DNA of 64,000 nucleotides from an uncultured Gemmatimonadales bacterium (GCA_963795085.1 CAWCFX010000002.1:32001-96000), one strand, 5' to 3'. Shown: positions 1 to 8,743, counted from the stretch's first letter. Notes: generated by a model from the letters alone, not told the origin. Numbers and translations: made by a program.

Positions 1-838
1 TCTGCTCCGACTCGAACGGTTCCAGCAGTTCGCCCTCGTGCTGCAGCAGCCGGAGGTCGTTCGCCATCTTGGCCGCCGATTGGGCGACCCCGCTCAGCGC
101 GTCCACCACCTGGCTGTCGCCCTTCCGGGTGTACGTCTGCCCGCTCACCGGATAGGCCTGGCCGAATCCCATTTTGCGGCAGACCCGGCGGTCCAGCTCC
201 CGCACCTTGTCGTGGTCGCCGCTGAAGAGCTCGAGGAACGAGGCCTGGGTGCCGGTGGTGCCCTTGCAGCCGCGGAACCGCAGGTGCTCCAGCCGGTGGG
301 CCAGGTCCTCGACGTCCAGCGCGAAATCCAGCATCCAGAGGGTCGCCCGCTTGCCCACGGTGGTGAGCTGGGCCGGCTGGAAATGGGTGTACGCGAGGCA
401 GGGGATGTCCCGGGTCCGGAGCGCGAAGGTCTCCAGCGCGTCGAGCACCGCGATGCAGCGGCCCAGCAGCAGCCGCAACCCGTCCCGCATGACGAGGAGA
501 TCGGCGTTGTCGGTCACGTAGGCGCTGGTGGCGCCCAGGTGCAGGAAAGGCCGGGCCGCGGGCGCCTGGTCGCCGAACGCATGGACATGGGCCATCACGT
601 CGTGGCGGAAGCGCCGTTCATAGCCGGCGACCTGGGCCAGGTCGGTGTCGTCGAGGTGGGCGCGCATCTCCGCGAGCGCCTGGTCCGGGATGGCCAGTCC
701 GAGCTGCTGCTCATGTTCCGCCAGCGCGAGCCAGAGCCGGCGCCACACCCCGGCCCGGTGACGGTCGCCCCAGAGCCGCTGCATGGCGGGGGACGAGTAA
801 CGGGTGCCGAGGGGAGAGCGGTAGCCGTCGTCGCTCAT
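1..838 (-). CDS. purB: Adenylosuccinate lyase, N-terminal part (runs off the window; not in the ORF track)
   Basis: Manual minus-strand translation from ATG 838: MSDDGYRSPLGTRYSSPAMQRLWG...RHDVMAHVHAFG...FLHLGATSAYVTDNADL, typical ADSL N-terminus; ATGA overlap with the upstream htrA stop. Confidence 0.93.
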   Translation of the reverse strand, partial: MSDDGYRSPLGTRYSSPAMQRLWGDRHRAGVWRRLWLALAEHEQQLGLAIPDQALAEMRAHLDDTDLAQVAGYERRFRHDVMAHVHAFGDQAPAARPFLHLGATSAYVTDNADLLVMRDGLRLLLGRCIAVLDALETFALRTRDIPCLAYTHFQPAQLTTVGKRATLWMLDFALDVEDLAHRLEHLRFRGCKGTTGTQASFLELFSGDHDKVRELDRRVCRKMGFGQAYPVSGQTYTRKGDSQVVDALSGVAQSAAKMANDLRLLQHEGELLEPFESEQ

Positions 839-2295
839 CGGAACACCAGGTCGGTGAAGGCGTACTGGCCGTTGCGTTCGATGTGGACCCGGATCGGCTG
901 CCGGGGCGGCGCCGCGTCGAACAGCTCGCCCACCTGCTCGGCCCGGCGGATCATGGCGCGGTTGACCGCGATGATCACGTCGCCGCTCATGAGCCCGGTG
1001 GCCTGGGCGATCGGGGGCGTGATGCGGAAAATCAGGGCGCCCTGGTCGCTCCGGAGGCCCCGCTCGGCCTGGACCGCGGGGGTGATGGTGATGAGCTCAA
1101 TGCCGCGAAGCACGCTCACTTTCTCCGAGGTGACCGTGGGCAGGTCGCCGCTGATGAGCAGCCGTTCCTCGGTACTGGTGCCGGAGCGGACCCGGATCCG
1201 GATGGAGTCCCCCACCCGGAGGTCCAGCTTGGTGGCCTCCCAGTCGAGGAAGTTCCGGAGCCGGCGGCCGTTGGCTTCGATCAGCACGTCGCGAGGCTTG
1301 ATGCCCCCCCGGTCGGCCGGGCCGCCGGGGGCCACCGCGGTCACCACCACCCCGCCCTGGGTCTTCCAGTCCTGCATGCTCTCCGCGCCGGCGACGTCCA
1401 GCCCCACCCAGGCCCGCCGGATGGCGCCGTGCTGGACGATTTCTTCCGCGATCCGCATCGCGCGCTCGATCGGAATGGCGAACCCCAGCCCCACCGACCC
1501 TCCGCTCTGGGAGAAGATGGAGGAGTTGACGCCGATGACCTCGCCCAGCGAATTGGCGAGGGGGCCGCCCGAATTGCCGGGGTTGATGGCGGCGTCGGTC
1601 TGGATCATGTCGAGGTAGAGCCCGGCCTGCTCCCGGCCCGGCAGGATGTTCCGGCCCACCGCGCTGACCACGCCGGCGGTGACGGTCGGCTCGGCGTTGC
1701 CGAGCAGGAACGCGAACGGGTTGCCGAGGGCCACGACCCACTCGCCGATCAGCAGGTCCCCGGTGCGCCCGACGCGGACGGTGGGGAGCCCGGTTCGCTC
1801 CACCTTGAGCACCGCGATGTCGGTGATCGGGTCTTCGCCCAGCACCCGCGCGGGGAGGTCGGTCCCGTCGCTCAGGGTCACCACGACCCGCTCCGCCCCG
1901 CCGACCACGTGCTGGTTGGTGATGATGGTGCCGTTGGACTGGACGATGAACCCGGTCCCGCTCACCGGGACCAGCTGTTCCCGCCCCTGGGGGACGAAGA
2001 ACAGGTCGAACATGGACGGGGACGAGACCCGCCGGCGGGAGGTGGCGCTGACGGAGACGACCGCGGGGCCGACCCGGGTGGCCGCATCCACGATGGCGGT
2101 GCGCCGGGAGGTGTCGAGGGCGGCGTTGCGTTCGGCGGTCTGGGTTGAGGCGTCGGCGAAGGGGACCAGGCCGGCCTCGGATCGGTCGCTCCTGCAGGCG
2201 GTGGCGAGCAGGAGGAGGACGAGCGCACCCAGCGCACAGCGCTGGTCGTAGCCGCGGCCCCCCCGTTTTGCTGTGCCGCCTGTTCTACCGTTCAT
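835..2295 (-). CDS. HtrA/DegP-family serine protease with two PDZ domains, probable lipoprotein
   Basis: TNQHVV, DIAVLK, IQTDAAINPGNSGGPL triad motifs; lipobox-like LLATAC; exact start uncertain. Confidence 0.93.
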   Translation of the reverse strand: MNGRTGGTAKRGGRGYDQRCALGALVLLLLATACRSDRSEAGLVPFADASTQTAERNAALDTSRRTAIVDAATRVGPAVVSVSATSRRRVSSPSMFDLFFVPQGREQLVPVSGTGFIVQSNGTIITNQHVVGGAERVVVTLSDGTDLPARVLGEDPITDIAVLKVERTGLPTVRVGRTGDLLIGEWVVALGNPFAFLLGNAEPTVTAGVVSAVGRNILPGREQAGLYLDMIQTDAAINPGNSGGPLANSLGEVIGVNSSIFSQSGGSVGLGFAIPIERAMRIAEEIVQHGAIRRAWVGLDVAGAESMQDWKTQGGVVVTAVAPGGPADRGGIKPRDVLIEANGRRLRNFLDWEATKLDLRVGDSIRIRVRSGTSTEERLLISGDLPTVTSEKVSVLRGIELITITPAVQAERGLRSDQGALIFRITPPIAQATGLMSGDVIIAVNRAMIRRAEQVGELFDAAPPRQPIRVHIERNGQYAFTDLVFR

Positions 2296-3073
2296 TCACA
2301 TCCTCGCGCTGGTCCACGAAACACGCTTCCGGATACTCGGCAGCGATGAAGTAGAGTCCCTGCGGCGGTGCGGGGGGACTGGTTTCGTCGTTGTCCGAGC
2401 GGGCCAGCAGCCGCTCCATATCCTCCACCGGCCGGCGTGCGAGCCCGATGTCCACCATGGTGCCGACCAGGAACCGGACCATGTGGTGCAGGAACCGGTC
2501 GGCCTGGATCTCGAACTGGAGGCCGGCCTCGCCCCGATCAGTCCACCGGGCCCGCTGCACCTGGCAGCGGTAGTGCGGTTTCGCCGGGCCCTTCGCGGCG
2601 AACGCCTGGAACGCGTGCGTGCCGGCGAGCGTCGCGGCGGCCCGGTCGAGCCCGGCCCGGTCGAGGGGCCGGCCGAGCGCCCATTCGTACGGCCGCCGGA
2701 AGGGCGACGCGGAGCGCTCATCGGTCCCGACCAGGTACTGGTAGCGCCGCGCGGTGGCACTCTTCCGGGCATGAAACCCGGGGGCCATCTCGTGGATCCG
2801 CTCGACCCAGCAATCCGGGGGGAGCAGGGCATTGAGCCCCCGCCGGAGCGCCGCCCCGGCCCACTTCGGGGGAACCGTCAGGCTGACGCCCATCCCCAGG
2901 GCGTGGACGCCGGCATCGGTCCGGCCGGCGGCGTGCACCGGAATCCGGTCGCCGTTGAGCCGGGCCAGGGCGGCTTCGAACTCGCCCTGCACCGAGCGCC
3001 CGGCCTTCTGGCGCTGCCATCCCACGAACTCGCTGCCGTCAAAATGCAGAATCGCGAGAAAGGTTCGGCTCAC
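2285..3073 (-). CDS. truA: tRNA pseudouridine(38-40) synthase
   Basis: FDGSEFVGWQRQ, AGRTDAGVHA, FHARKSA, FLHHMVR, APPQGLY; GTG 3073 (or TTG 3082) start. Confidence 0.96.
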   Translation of the reverse strand: MSRTFLAILHFDGSEFVGWQRQKAGRSVQGEFEAALARLNGDRIPVHAAGRTDAGVHALGMGVSLTVPPKWAGAALRRGLNALLPPDCWVERIHEMAPGFHARKSATARRYQYLVGTDERSASPFRRPYEWALGRPLDRAGLDRAAATLAGTHAFQAFAAKGPAKPHYRCQVQRARWTDRGEAGLQFEIQADRFLHHMVRFLVGTMVDIGLARRPVEDMERLLARSDNDETSPPAPPQGLYFIAAEYPEACFVDQREDVNER

Positions 3074-3119
3074 GTGCGGCAAAATAGCCGAATTGAGCGG
3101 GCATATGAAGGGTTGATAA

Positions 3120-3280
3120 GAACGGGGCGGTAGAACAAAGGGCGGGAGAACAGAGGCGGTAGAACAACGGGCGGGAGAACTGGGCGGGAGAACAGAGGCG
3201 GTAGGAAAAGGGCGAGAGAACTGGGCGGTAAAACAGAGGCGGTAGGAAAGGGCGGTAGGAAAAGGGCGGTAGAACAGGGT
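3120..3280 (+). repeat. Degenerate tandem array, about 11 units of 13-15 bp, GGCGG(T/G)AG(A/G)A(C/A)..; left arm flanking the four-helix-bundle gene
   Basis: Read directly: ggcggtagaacaaag ggcgggagaacaga ggcggtagaacaacg ... Confidence 0.9.
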
Positions 3281-3304
3281 TGGGTGGCCGGTGGGGGAGG
3301 CAAG

Positions 3305-3685
3305 CTACGGGTTTTCCGGCGTCGGGGTTATTGCCCTGGTCACGGCACGGCTGAGTTTCCACACCAGGCGACCGGCCCTGTCCCGCAGGAGATCCAGTCC
3401 GGCCCATTCATCTTCTGGCAAGTAGCCGAGGTCCCGGCCGAGCAACAGGCAGTACGACAGTTCCGAGGCCGACCCCAAGGCGATGTCCAGGAACCGGCGA
3501 AACTCCCGGGGGCCTCGCTTGGCGGAGCCCTCGGCAATGTTCATCGGAATCGAGTAGGCTGCCCGCCGTGCCTGCGAAGTCAGCTCAAACCGTTCACCCG
3601 GCGGCCAGGTCCCGGTTGCCCGATAGACGGCAAGGACCAACTGGTGGCTGACTTGCCACGCCCGAAAGCGTTGGTAGGGTAGCAT
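3305..3685 (-). CDS. Four helix bundle protein (23S rRNA intervening-sequence protein / Avd-like family)
   Basis: 126 aa: AWQVSHQLVLAVY..T..WPPGERFELTSQARRAAYSIPMNIAEG...EFRRFLDIALGSASEL, the family signature. Confidence 0.92.
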   Translation of the reverse strand: MLPYQRFRAWQVSHQLVLAVYRATGTWPPGERFELTSQARRAAYSIPMNIAEGSAKRGPREFRRFLDIALGSASELSYCLLLGRDLGYLPEDEWAGLDLLRDRAGRLVWKLSRAVTRAITPTPENP

Positions 3686-3766
3686 GTTGCCAACCTGGCG
3701 ACGGAGCGTCAACCCACTCACAAACTCACCCACCACAACGAGTTGGAGCAGCTCCACCCGGCTCAG

Positions 3767-3943
3767 CTTACCGCCCTTTTCCCGCCCGCTATTCTCCCGC
3801 CCGGAGTTTCTCCCGCCCTGTTTTACTGCCCTCTGTTCTACCGCCCGTTGTTCTCCCGCCCTGTTTTACCGCCCCCTGTTCTCCCGCCCTGTCTTACCGC
3901 CCTCTGTTCTCCCGCCCGTCGTCCTCCCGCCCCTTTTCCTACC
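3767..3943 (-). repeat. Same 13-15 bp array in inverted orientation (about 12 units, TTCTACCGCCC / TTCTCCCGCCC); right arm
   Basis: Reverse complement of the 3120-3280 units. Confidence 0.9.
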
Positions 3944-3958
3944 TCTATGCATCAGCCC

Positions 3959-4005
3959 TTGCCCTTCGGTGCACTTTCGGGTAATATGGTTCGGCTTCCC
4001 TTCGG
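3959..4005 (+). promoter_or_regulatory. Putative sigma70 promoter of lexA (TTGCCC-N17-TAATAT) overlapped by two TTCGG-N6-TTCGG direct-repeat boxes (candidate SOS boxes)
   Basis: -35 at 3959-3964, -10 at 3982-3987; TTCGG at 3965, 3976, 3990 and 4001. Confidence 0.6.
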
Positions 4006-4024
4006 TCACCCCCGGGAGACAACC

Positions 4025-4633
4025 ATGCCGCTTACCAAGCGCCAGAGTGAGATCCTCGCCTACCTCCAGGACTACATCAGAGATCACAGCTACGCGCCCA
4101 GTTTCGAGGACATCGCGGAGCATTTCGAGTTCCAGTCGCTGGCCACGGTGCACGAGCACCTGACCAACCTGGAGCGCAAGGGCTATATCCACCGCACCCA
4201 TAATGAAAGCCGGTCGATCGAGGTGCTGCCGCCCAAGGGGCAGGCGGGTGCCACCGAGATCCCCATCCTGGGCAAGGTCGCCGCGGGTACCCCCATCGAG
4301 TCCCTGATGCATGAAGAGACCCTGGCGGTGCCGGACCAGATCCTGCCCCGGCGAGGTCCCAATTACGCCCTCAAGGTCCGGGGCTCGTCCATGATCGACG
4401 AGCATATCATCGATGGCGACTATGTCGTGGTCCATGGCCAGAACGCGGCCGAAAACGGAGAAATGGTCATCGCGCTGGTGAACGGGAGCGAGGCCACCGT
4501 TAAGAAGTTCTTCCGGGAACCCGGCGGCTGGATCCGGCTGCAGCCGGCCAACGAAACCATGCAGCCCATGCGCTTCCAGGAACGGGACGTGCTGATCCAG
4601 GGAGTGGTGGTGGGGGTGATCCGGAAGTACTGA
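4025..4633 (+). CDS. lexA: SOS repressor LexA
   Basis: MPLTKRQSEIL..YAPSFEDIA winged HTH; VAAG cleavage site; GSSM catalytic Ser; TVKK catalytic Lys; GGAG RBS. Confidence 0.97.
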   Translation: MPLTKRQSEILAYLQDYIRDHSYAPSFEDIAEHFEFQSLATVHEHLTNLERKGYIHRTHNESRSIEVLPPKGQAGATEIPILGKVAAGTPIESLMHEETLAVPDQILPRRGPNYALKVRGSSMIDEHIIDGDYVVVHGQNAAENGEMVIALVNGSEATVKKFFREPGGWIRLQPANETMQPMRFQERDVLIQGVVVGVIRKY

Positions 4634-4645
4634 CGGGCTCTAAGA

Positions 4646-4829
4646 CGAGGGCGGGAGAAGATGGCGGTAAGAATAGGGCGGTAGGAATAGGGCGGTAGGA
4701 CAAGGGGGCGGGAGGTCGGACCGGGAGAACAAGGATGTACCCGTTCCACGGCCCTCCTTTACCGCCCTCCTTTACCGCCCTCCTTTACCGCCCGTCGTTC
4801 TCCCGCCCTTTGTTCTACCGCCCTGTTCC
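4646..4829. repeat. Inverted pair of the same GGCGGTAG arrays (4646-4733 / 4751-4829) with a short spacer and no gene
   Basis: gggcggtaggaatag... followed by ...cctcctttaccgccc...gttctaccgccctgtt. Confidence 0.85.
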
Positions 4830-4868
4830 TGGCTCAACCCCGCGCCGGTTCCTGCCGATACAGCCTTC

Positions 4869-5513
4869 ATGACGGAAACCAAGATCTGCGGCATCACCGC
4901 GGCCGAGGATGCGGTCACGGCGGTGGCCGCCGGGGCATCCTACCTCGGGGTGGTGTTTACACCCGGGGCCCGGCGGGTGGAGCCCGCGTTGGCCCGGGAC
5001 ATCGTCCTCGCCGCGGGGCAGACGCCGGTGATCGGGGTCTTTGCCGGCCGTCTCCGGGTCAGCGAGATCCTGGATATCACTGCGGCGGCTGGTTTCGCCG
5101 GCATGCAACTGGCGCCGCCCCACTCGACCGCCGATGCCCGGCGAATCCGCGCCATGGGATACCTGGTCTGGCGGAGCATGCCACTCGAGTCCGACCGGGA
5201 TCTTGCCTGGTTGGCCGGCGTACGGGAGGCCGCCAGTGCCGTGGTGGTCGGTCCCCCGCCTCGGCATGGTGTTGGCGGAAACCCGGTCTTGTTACCTTTA
5301 GAACTGGCGCGGGAGGCGCGCGCCCACCTTCCCGGTCACCAGATGGTTCTTACCGGCGGACTCACGCCCCACAACGTGGGGAACGCGATTGCCGAAGTGC
5401 GGCCCGACATTGTCGAACTGGCCCTTGGCGACCCAACCCGAGCCGGCAGCACCGACGCCGGCCGAATTCAGCAATTCATGGAGGCAGTGATTGCGTCTTA
5501 CGCGCCACGCTGA
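4869..5513 (+). CDS. Phosphoribosylanthranilate isomerase-like protein (divergent TrpF)
   Basis: TKICGIT, GASYLGVVF, LTGGLTPHNV; several C-terminal active-site motifs altered. Confidence 0.75.
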   Translation: MTETKICGITAAEDAVTAVAAGASYLGVVFTPGARRVEPALARDIVLAAGQTPVIGVFAGRLRVSEILDITAAAGFAGMQLAPPHSTADARRIRAMGYLVWRSMPLESDRDLAWLAGVREAASAVVVGPPPRHGVGGNPVLLPLELAREARAHLPGHQMVLTGGLTPHNVGNAIAEVRPDIVELALGDPTRAGSTDAGRIQQFMEAVIASYAPR

Positions 5514-5549
5514 CACTCGGAGCGTTCTCCCCTGCCGGGGCATCCGGTA

Positions 5550-7262
5550 ATGGGGGAGACTCTCGGCGCCTCCGCTATCCTGCCGCCGGCGCACGTCGAG
5601 GAACTGATCAAGACCATGATCAAGGCGCTGCGCGCCTTCCAGATGTATCTCCCCAACAACCCGATCTACCAGAAGGCCCAGGCCAATATCGTCGAGGCCT
5701 TCGTGCCCGTCTGGGACGCCACCGACGAACTGGTCCTGGCCATCGTCGAGACCGACTTCATCTGGGACGAGAACGTGGTGTACAGCCAGGCCAACAAGAG
5801 CGAAAGCCTGGCCTGGACGCTGTACAAGGACGGGATGCGGGTCCTGACGTTGAAACGCGGGGTGGAGCGGGCGGAGATGGCGAAGTTCCTGGAGGTGGTG
5901 CAGAAGGCCCGGATGCTTCCGGCCGATGCCAACGATGATCTCAACACCCTGCTGTGGGAACAGCAGTTCGAACGGATCGAGTACCGCTTCACCGACTTCC
6001 TCACCGATGCGGCCATGCCCGAAGCCACCGGGGAGTACGGGGCCGCCGGCGCCGGCGAGGAGGTCCAGGCCCAGGTCCAGGAAGAAGTCGCCGAAGCCAA
6101 AGAGGAGGGGCCGGGCCGGACCGGTATCGTGGACCTCGAGGATTTCGATTCCACCCTCTACTTCCTGGACGAGAACGAAATCACCTACATGGCGCGGGCC
6201 CTGGAGCGGGAATATCACCAGGACTTCCGCAGCTCGACGCTCAACATCCTGCTGGACCTGCTGGAACTGCAGACCGAGGAGACAGTGCGGGAGGAGCTCT
6301 TCGGCATCTTCGAGACGCTGATGCCCAACCTGCTCAACGCCGGAGAGTTCCGCCATGTCGCCACCATCCTCAGGGAGGCCCGGGTCATCGGCGAGCGGGC
6401 CAAGGGCCTGACCGACGACCAGCGCCGCCGGCTGGAAAGTTTCCGGGGCCAGTTGAGCGACCCCGCCGTGCTGACCCAGCTGCTGCAGGCGGTGGACGAA
6501 GCGACCGCGGCCCCGTCCGCCGACGACCTGGGCGAACTGTTTCGTGAACTGCGTCCCGGGTCGCTGGAGACCATCCTGGTGTGGCTCCCCCGGATCACTT
6601 CCGCGACCGTTCGCAACCTGCTGGTGGAGGCGTCGGAACGGCTGGCCGCGGCGAGTCCCCAGGAGATGCTCCGGCTGCTGGCCCTGACCGGGTCCGAGGC
6701 CCTGGCCGGCACGATTGATCTTTGCGGACGGCTCCAGTTGCAGGGGTCGGTTCCCGGTCTCGGCTCAACCATGACGCACGAGAGCCAGCCTGTCCGGCTG
6801 GCCAGCGTCAAGGCGCTGGTCGCCATCGGCACCGCCGGGGCGCTGCAGGCGCTGGAGCGGGCCCTCGACGATGCCGACCGGGAGGTCCGCATCGCGGCGG
6901 TGCGCGCCCTGGGAACCCGGGGGTATAAGAACGCGCTCAAGCGGCTCCAGGAGGCGGTCCTCAACCGGGGCCTCAAGGACGCCGACCTCACCGAGCGCAT
7001 CGCGTACTTCGAAGCCTATGCCATGGTGGCCGGACCCGCCGGGCTCGAGCCGCTGGCCCGCATCCTCCTGCCGGGTGGTGTGTTCAAGCGGAAGGAATCG
7101 GCGGAGAGCCGGGCCTGCGCCGCGAAGGCGATTGCCCTGATCCGGAGCCCGGAGGCCAGGGCCATCCTGGAAGAGGCCCGCGAGGACAAGGACCTGGTGG
7201 TGCGGAACGCGGTGACCCGTGCGCTCCGGGAGTCCACCGCGGTCCGGGAGCCGGGCCGATGA
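5550..7262 (+). CDS. HEAT-repeat domain protein
   Basis: C-terminal repeats (VRLASVKAL, DADREVRIAAVRALG, ESRACAAKAIA, VVRNAVTRAL). Confidence 0.85.
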   Translation: MGETLGASAILPPAHVEELIKTMIKALRAFQMYLPNNPIYQKAQANIVEAFVPVWDATDELVLAIVETDFIWDENVVYSQANKSESLAWTLYKDGMRVLTLKRGVERAEMAKFLEVVQKARMLPADANDDLNTLLWEQQFERIEYRFTDFLTDAAMPEATGEYGAAGAGEEVQAQVQEEVAEAKEEGPGRTGIVDLEDFDSTLYFLDENEITYMARALEREYHQDFRSSTLNILLDLLELQTEETVREELFGIFETLMPNLLNAGEFRHVATILREARVIGERAKGLTDDQRRRLESFRGQLSDPAVLTQLLQAVDEATAAPSADDLGELFRELRPGSLETILVWLPRITSATVRNLLVEASERLAAASPQEMLRLLALTGSEALAGTIDLCGRLQLQGSVPGLGSTMTHESQPVRLASVKALVAIGTAGALQALERALDDADREVRIAAVRALGTRGYKNALKRLQEAVLNRGLKDADLTERIAYFEAYAMVAGPAGLEPLARILLPGGVFKRKESAESRACAAKAIALIRSPEARAILEEAREDKDLVVRNAVTRALRESTAVREPGR

Positions 7263-8743
7263 CCGACTCCACCGCCGGCCGTTCCCCGGCCCCCGATTCT
7301 CCCCGGCCGGGATCCGGGGGAGAAGGCGCCCTGCGCCATGCCGGCCGCGGGTTCCTGCTGGCCTTCTACACCGGGCTCCGGAGCCTCAAGCTCTATCCCA
7401 TCGAGAACGCGACCGCGCAGAAGGCGCTCGACGATCTCCAGGCGGCGGCCGGCAGCCTGCTGGCGACCGAGGAGGATATCGAACTGCGCCTCTCCGGCGA
7501 TTTCCTCTTCCTCAACGGCACCCGGCTCCGGCTGGAGCTCGAGAACTACGCGTCGTTCAGCTACATCCTGGCCATGTTCCGGAGCTTCAACATCGGCACC
7601 GTCCACGTGCAGCGGGAGGTCGAGCGCCGGGAGTGGCAGATCTTTATCGGGCTGCTGCTCAATCTCTCGCCGATGGAAGAGGGCCCCGCCAAGCTGCTGG
7701 CGCTGACCGAACGGATGCGGAGCGGCGGCGTCACCCGGATCGACCTGGAGCCCACGGTCGAAACCCAGGACGAACTGGATGAACTGGAGCGCGCCAAGGA
7801 ACTGGCCAAGCGGACCTACACCCAGGGCGTGGCCGTCACCAAGGAAGTGGTCAACAGCATCCGGATGGGCCGCACCGCGAGCATCAAGAAAGTCAAGCGG
7901 GCGGTCCAGTCCATCGTGGACCAGGTGCTGAACAACGAGACCTCGCTGATGGGACTCACCACCATCCGCGACTACGACGAATACACGTTCACCCATTCGG
8001 TCAACGTCTGTATCTTCTCGGTGGCGCTGGGCCGCCGGGTGGGGTTTACCCGGCTGCAGCTCTATGACCTGGGGCTCGCCGCGCTCATGCACGATATCGG
8101 CAAGGCGCGGATTCCCATCGAGATCCTCAACAAGACCAGCGGCCTCGATGAAAAGGAGTGGTTTGTCATCCAGGCCCATCCCTGGATGGGCGCGCTCACC
8201 CTCTTCGAAATGCGGGGCTACAGCGAGATCCCGTACCGGTCGATCGTGGTGGCCCACGAGCACCACATGAAAATCGACCTCACCGGGTATCCCCGGGTGG
8301 TGCGCCCGCGGGAACTGGGATTGTTTTCCCGTATCGTCGCCGTGGCCGACGGCTTCGACGCCGCTACCACCCGGCGCGCCTACCAGAGCGTGCCGATCCA
8401 GCCGGACGAAGTGCTGCGGGAAATGTGGGAGAACCCCCGGCGCGGCTACGATCACGTGATCGTCAAGGCGCTGATCAACCTGATCGGCGTCTATCCGGTC
8501 GGGACCTGCGTGATCCTGGACACCTTCGAGGTCGGCATCATCGCGGGCCCCAATCCCGACCCCGCGTTCCTCAACCGCCCGCTGGTCAAGATCGTCATCG
8601 ATCCCGATGGCGCCGTCATGCTGCCGCCAGCGCGCACCATCAACCTGGCCGAACGCGACCCGTCCGGCGCCTTCCTCCGCTCGATCGTCAAGGTGACCAA
8701 TCCGGACCGCTATGGCCTCACCGTCGGCGATTACTTCGTCTAA
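7259..8743 (+). CDS. HD-GYP cyclic dinucleotide phosphodiesterase (RxxQ variant)
   Basis: YTFTHS, LMHDIGK, HEHH....TGYP, VADGFDA, RRAYQ; ATGA-coupled to the HEAT gene. Confidence 0.9.
   Translation: MTDSTAGRSPAPDSPRPGSGGEGALRHAGRGFLLAFYTGLRSLKLYPIENATAQKALDDLQAAAGSLLATEEDIELRLSGDFLFLNGTRLRLELENYASFSYILAMFRSFNIGTVHVQREVERREWQIFIGLLLNLSPMEEGPAKLLALTERMRSGGVTRIDLEPTVETQDELDELERAKELAKRTYTQGVAVTKEVVNSIRMGRTASIKKVKRAVQSIVDQVLNNETSLMGLTTIRDYDEYTFTHSVNVCIFSVALGRRVGFTRLQLYDLGLAALMHDIGKARIPIEILNKTSGLDEKEWFVIQAHPWMGALTLFEMRGYSEIPYRSIVVAHEHHMKIDLTGYPRVVRPRELGLFSRIVAVADGFDAATTRRAYQSVPIQPDEVLREMWENPRRGYDHVIVKALINLIGVYPVGTCVILDTFEVGIIAGPNPDPAFLNRPLVKIVIDPDGAVMLPPARTINLAERDPSGAFLRSIVKVTNPDRYGLTVGDYFV

Noticed and set aside
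3305..3685. Diversity-generating retroelement (Avd-like gene)
   Set aside because: No reverse transcriptase and no TR/VR pair with adenine-specific differences in the window; mismatches in the 96-bp repeat are not A-specific
3743..4024. Long N-terminal extension of LexA in the ORF track
   Set aside because: It runs through the repeat array; ATG 4025 has an RBS and gives a typical 202-aa LexA
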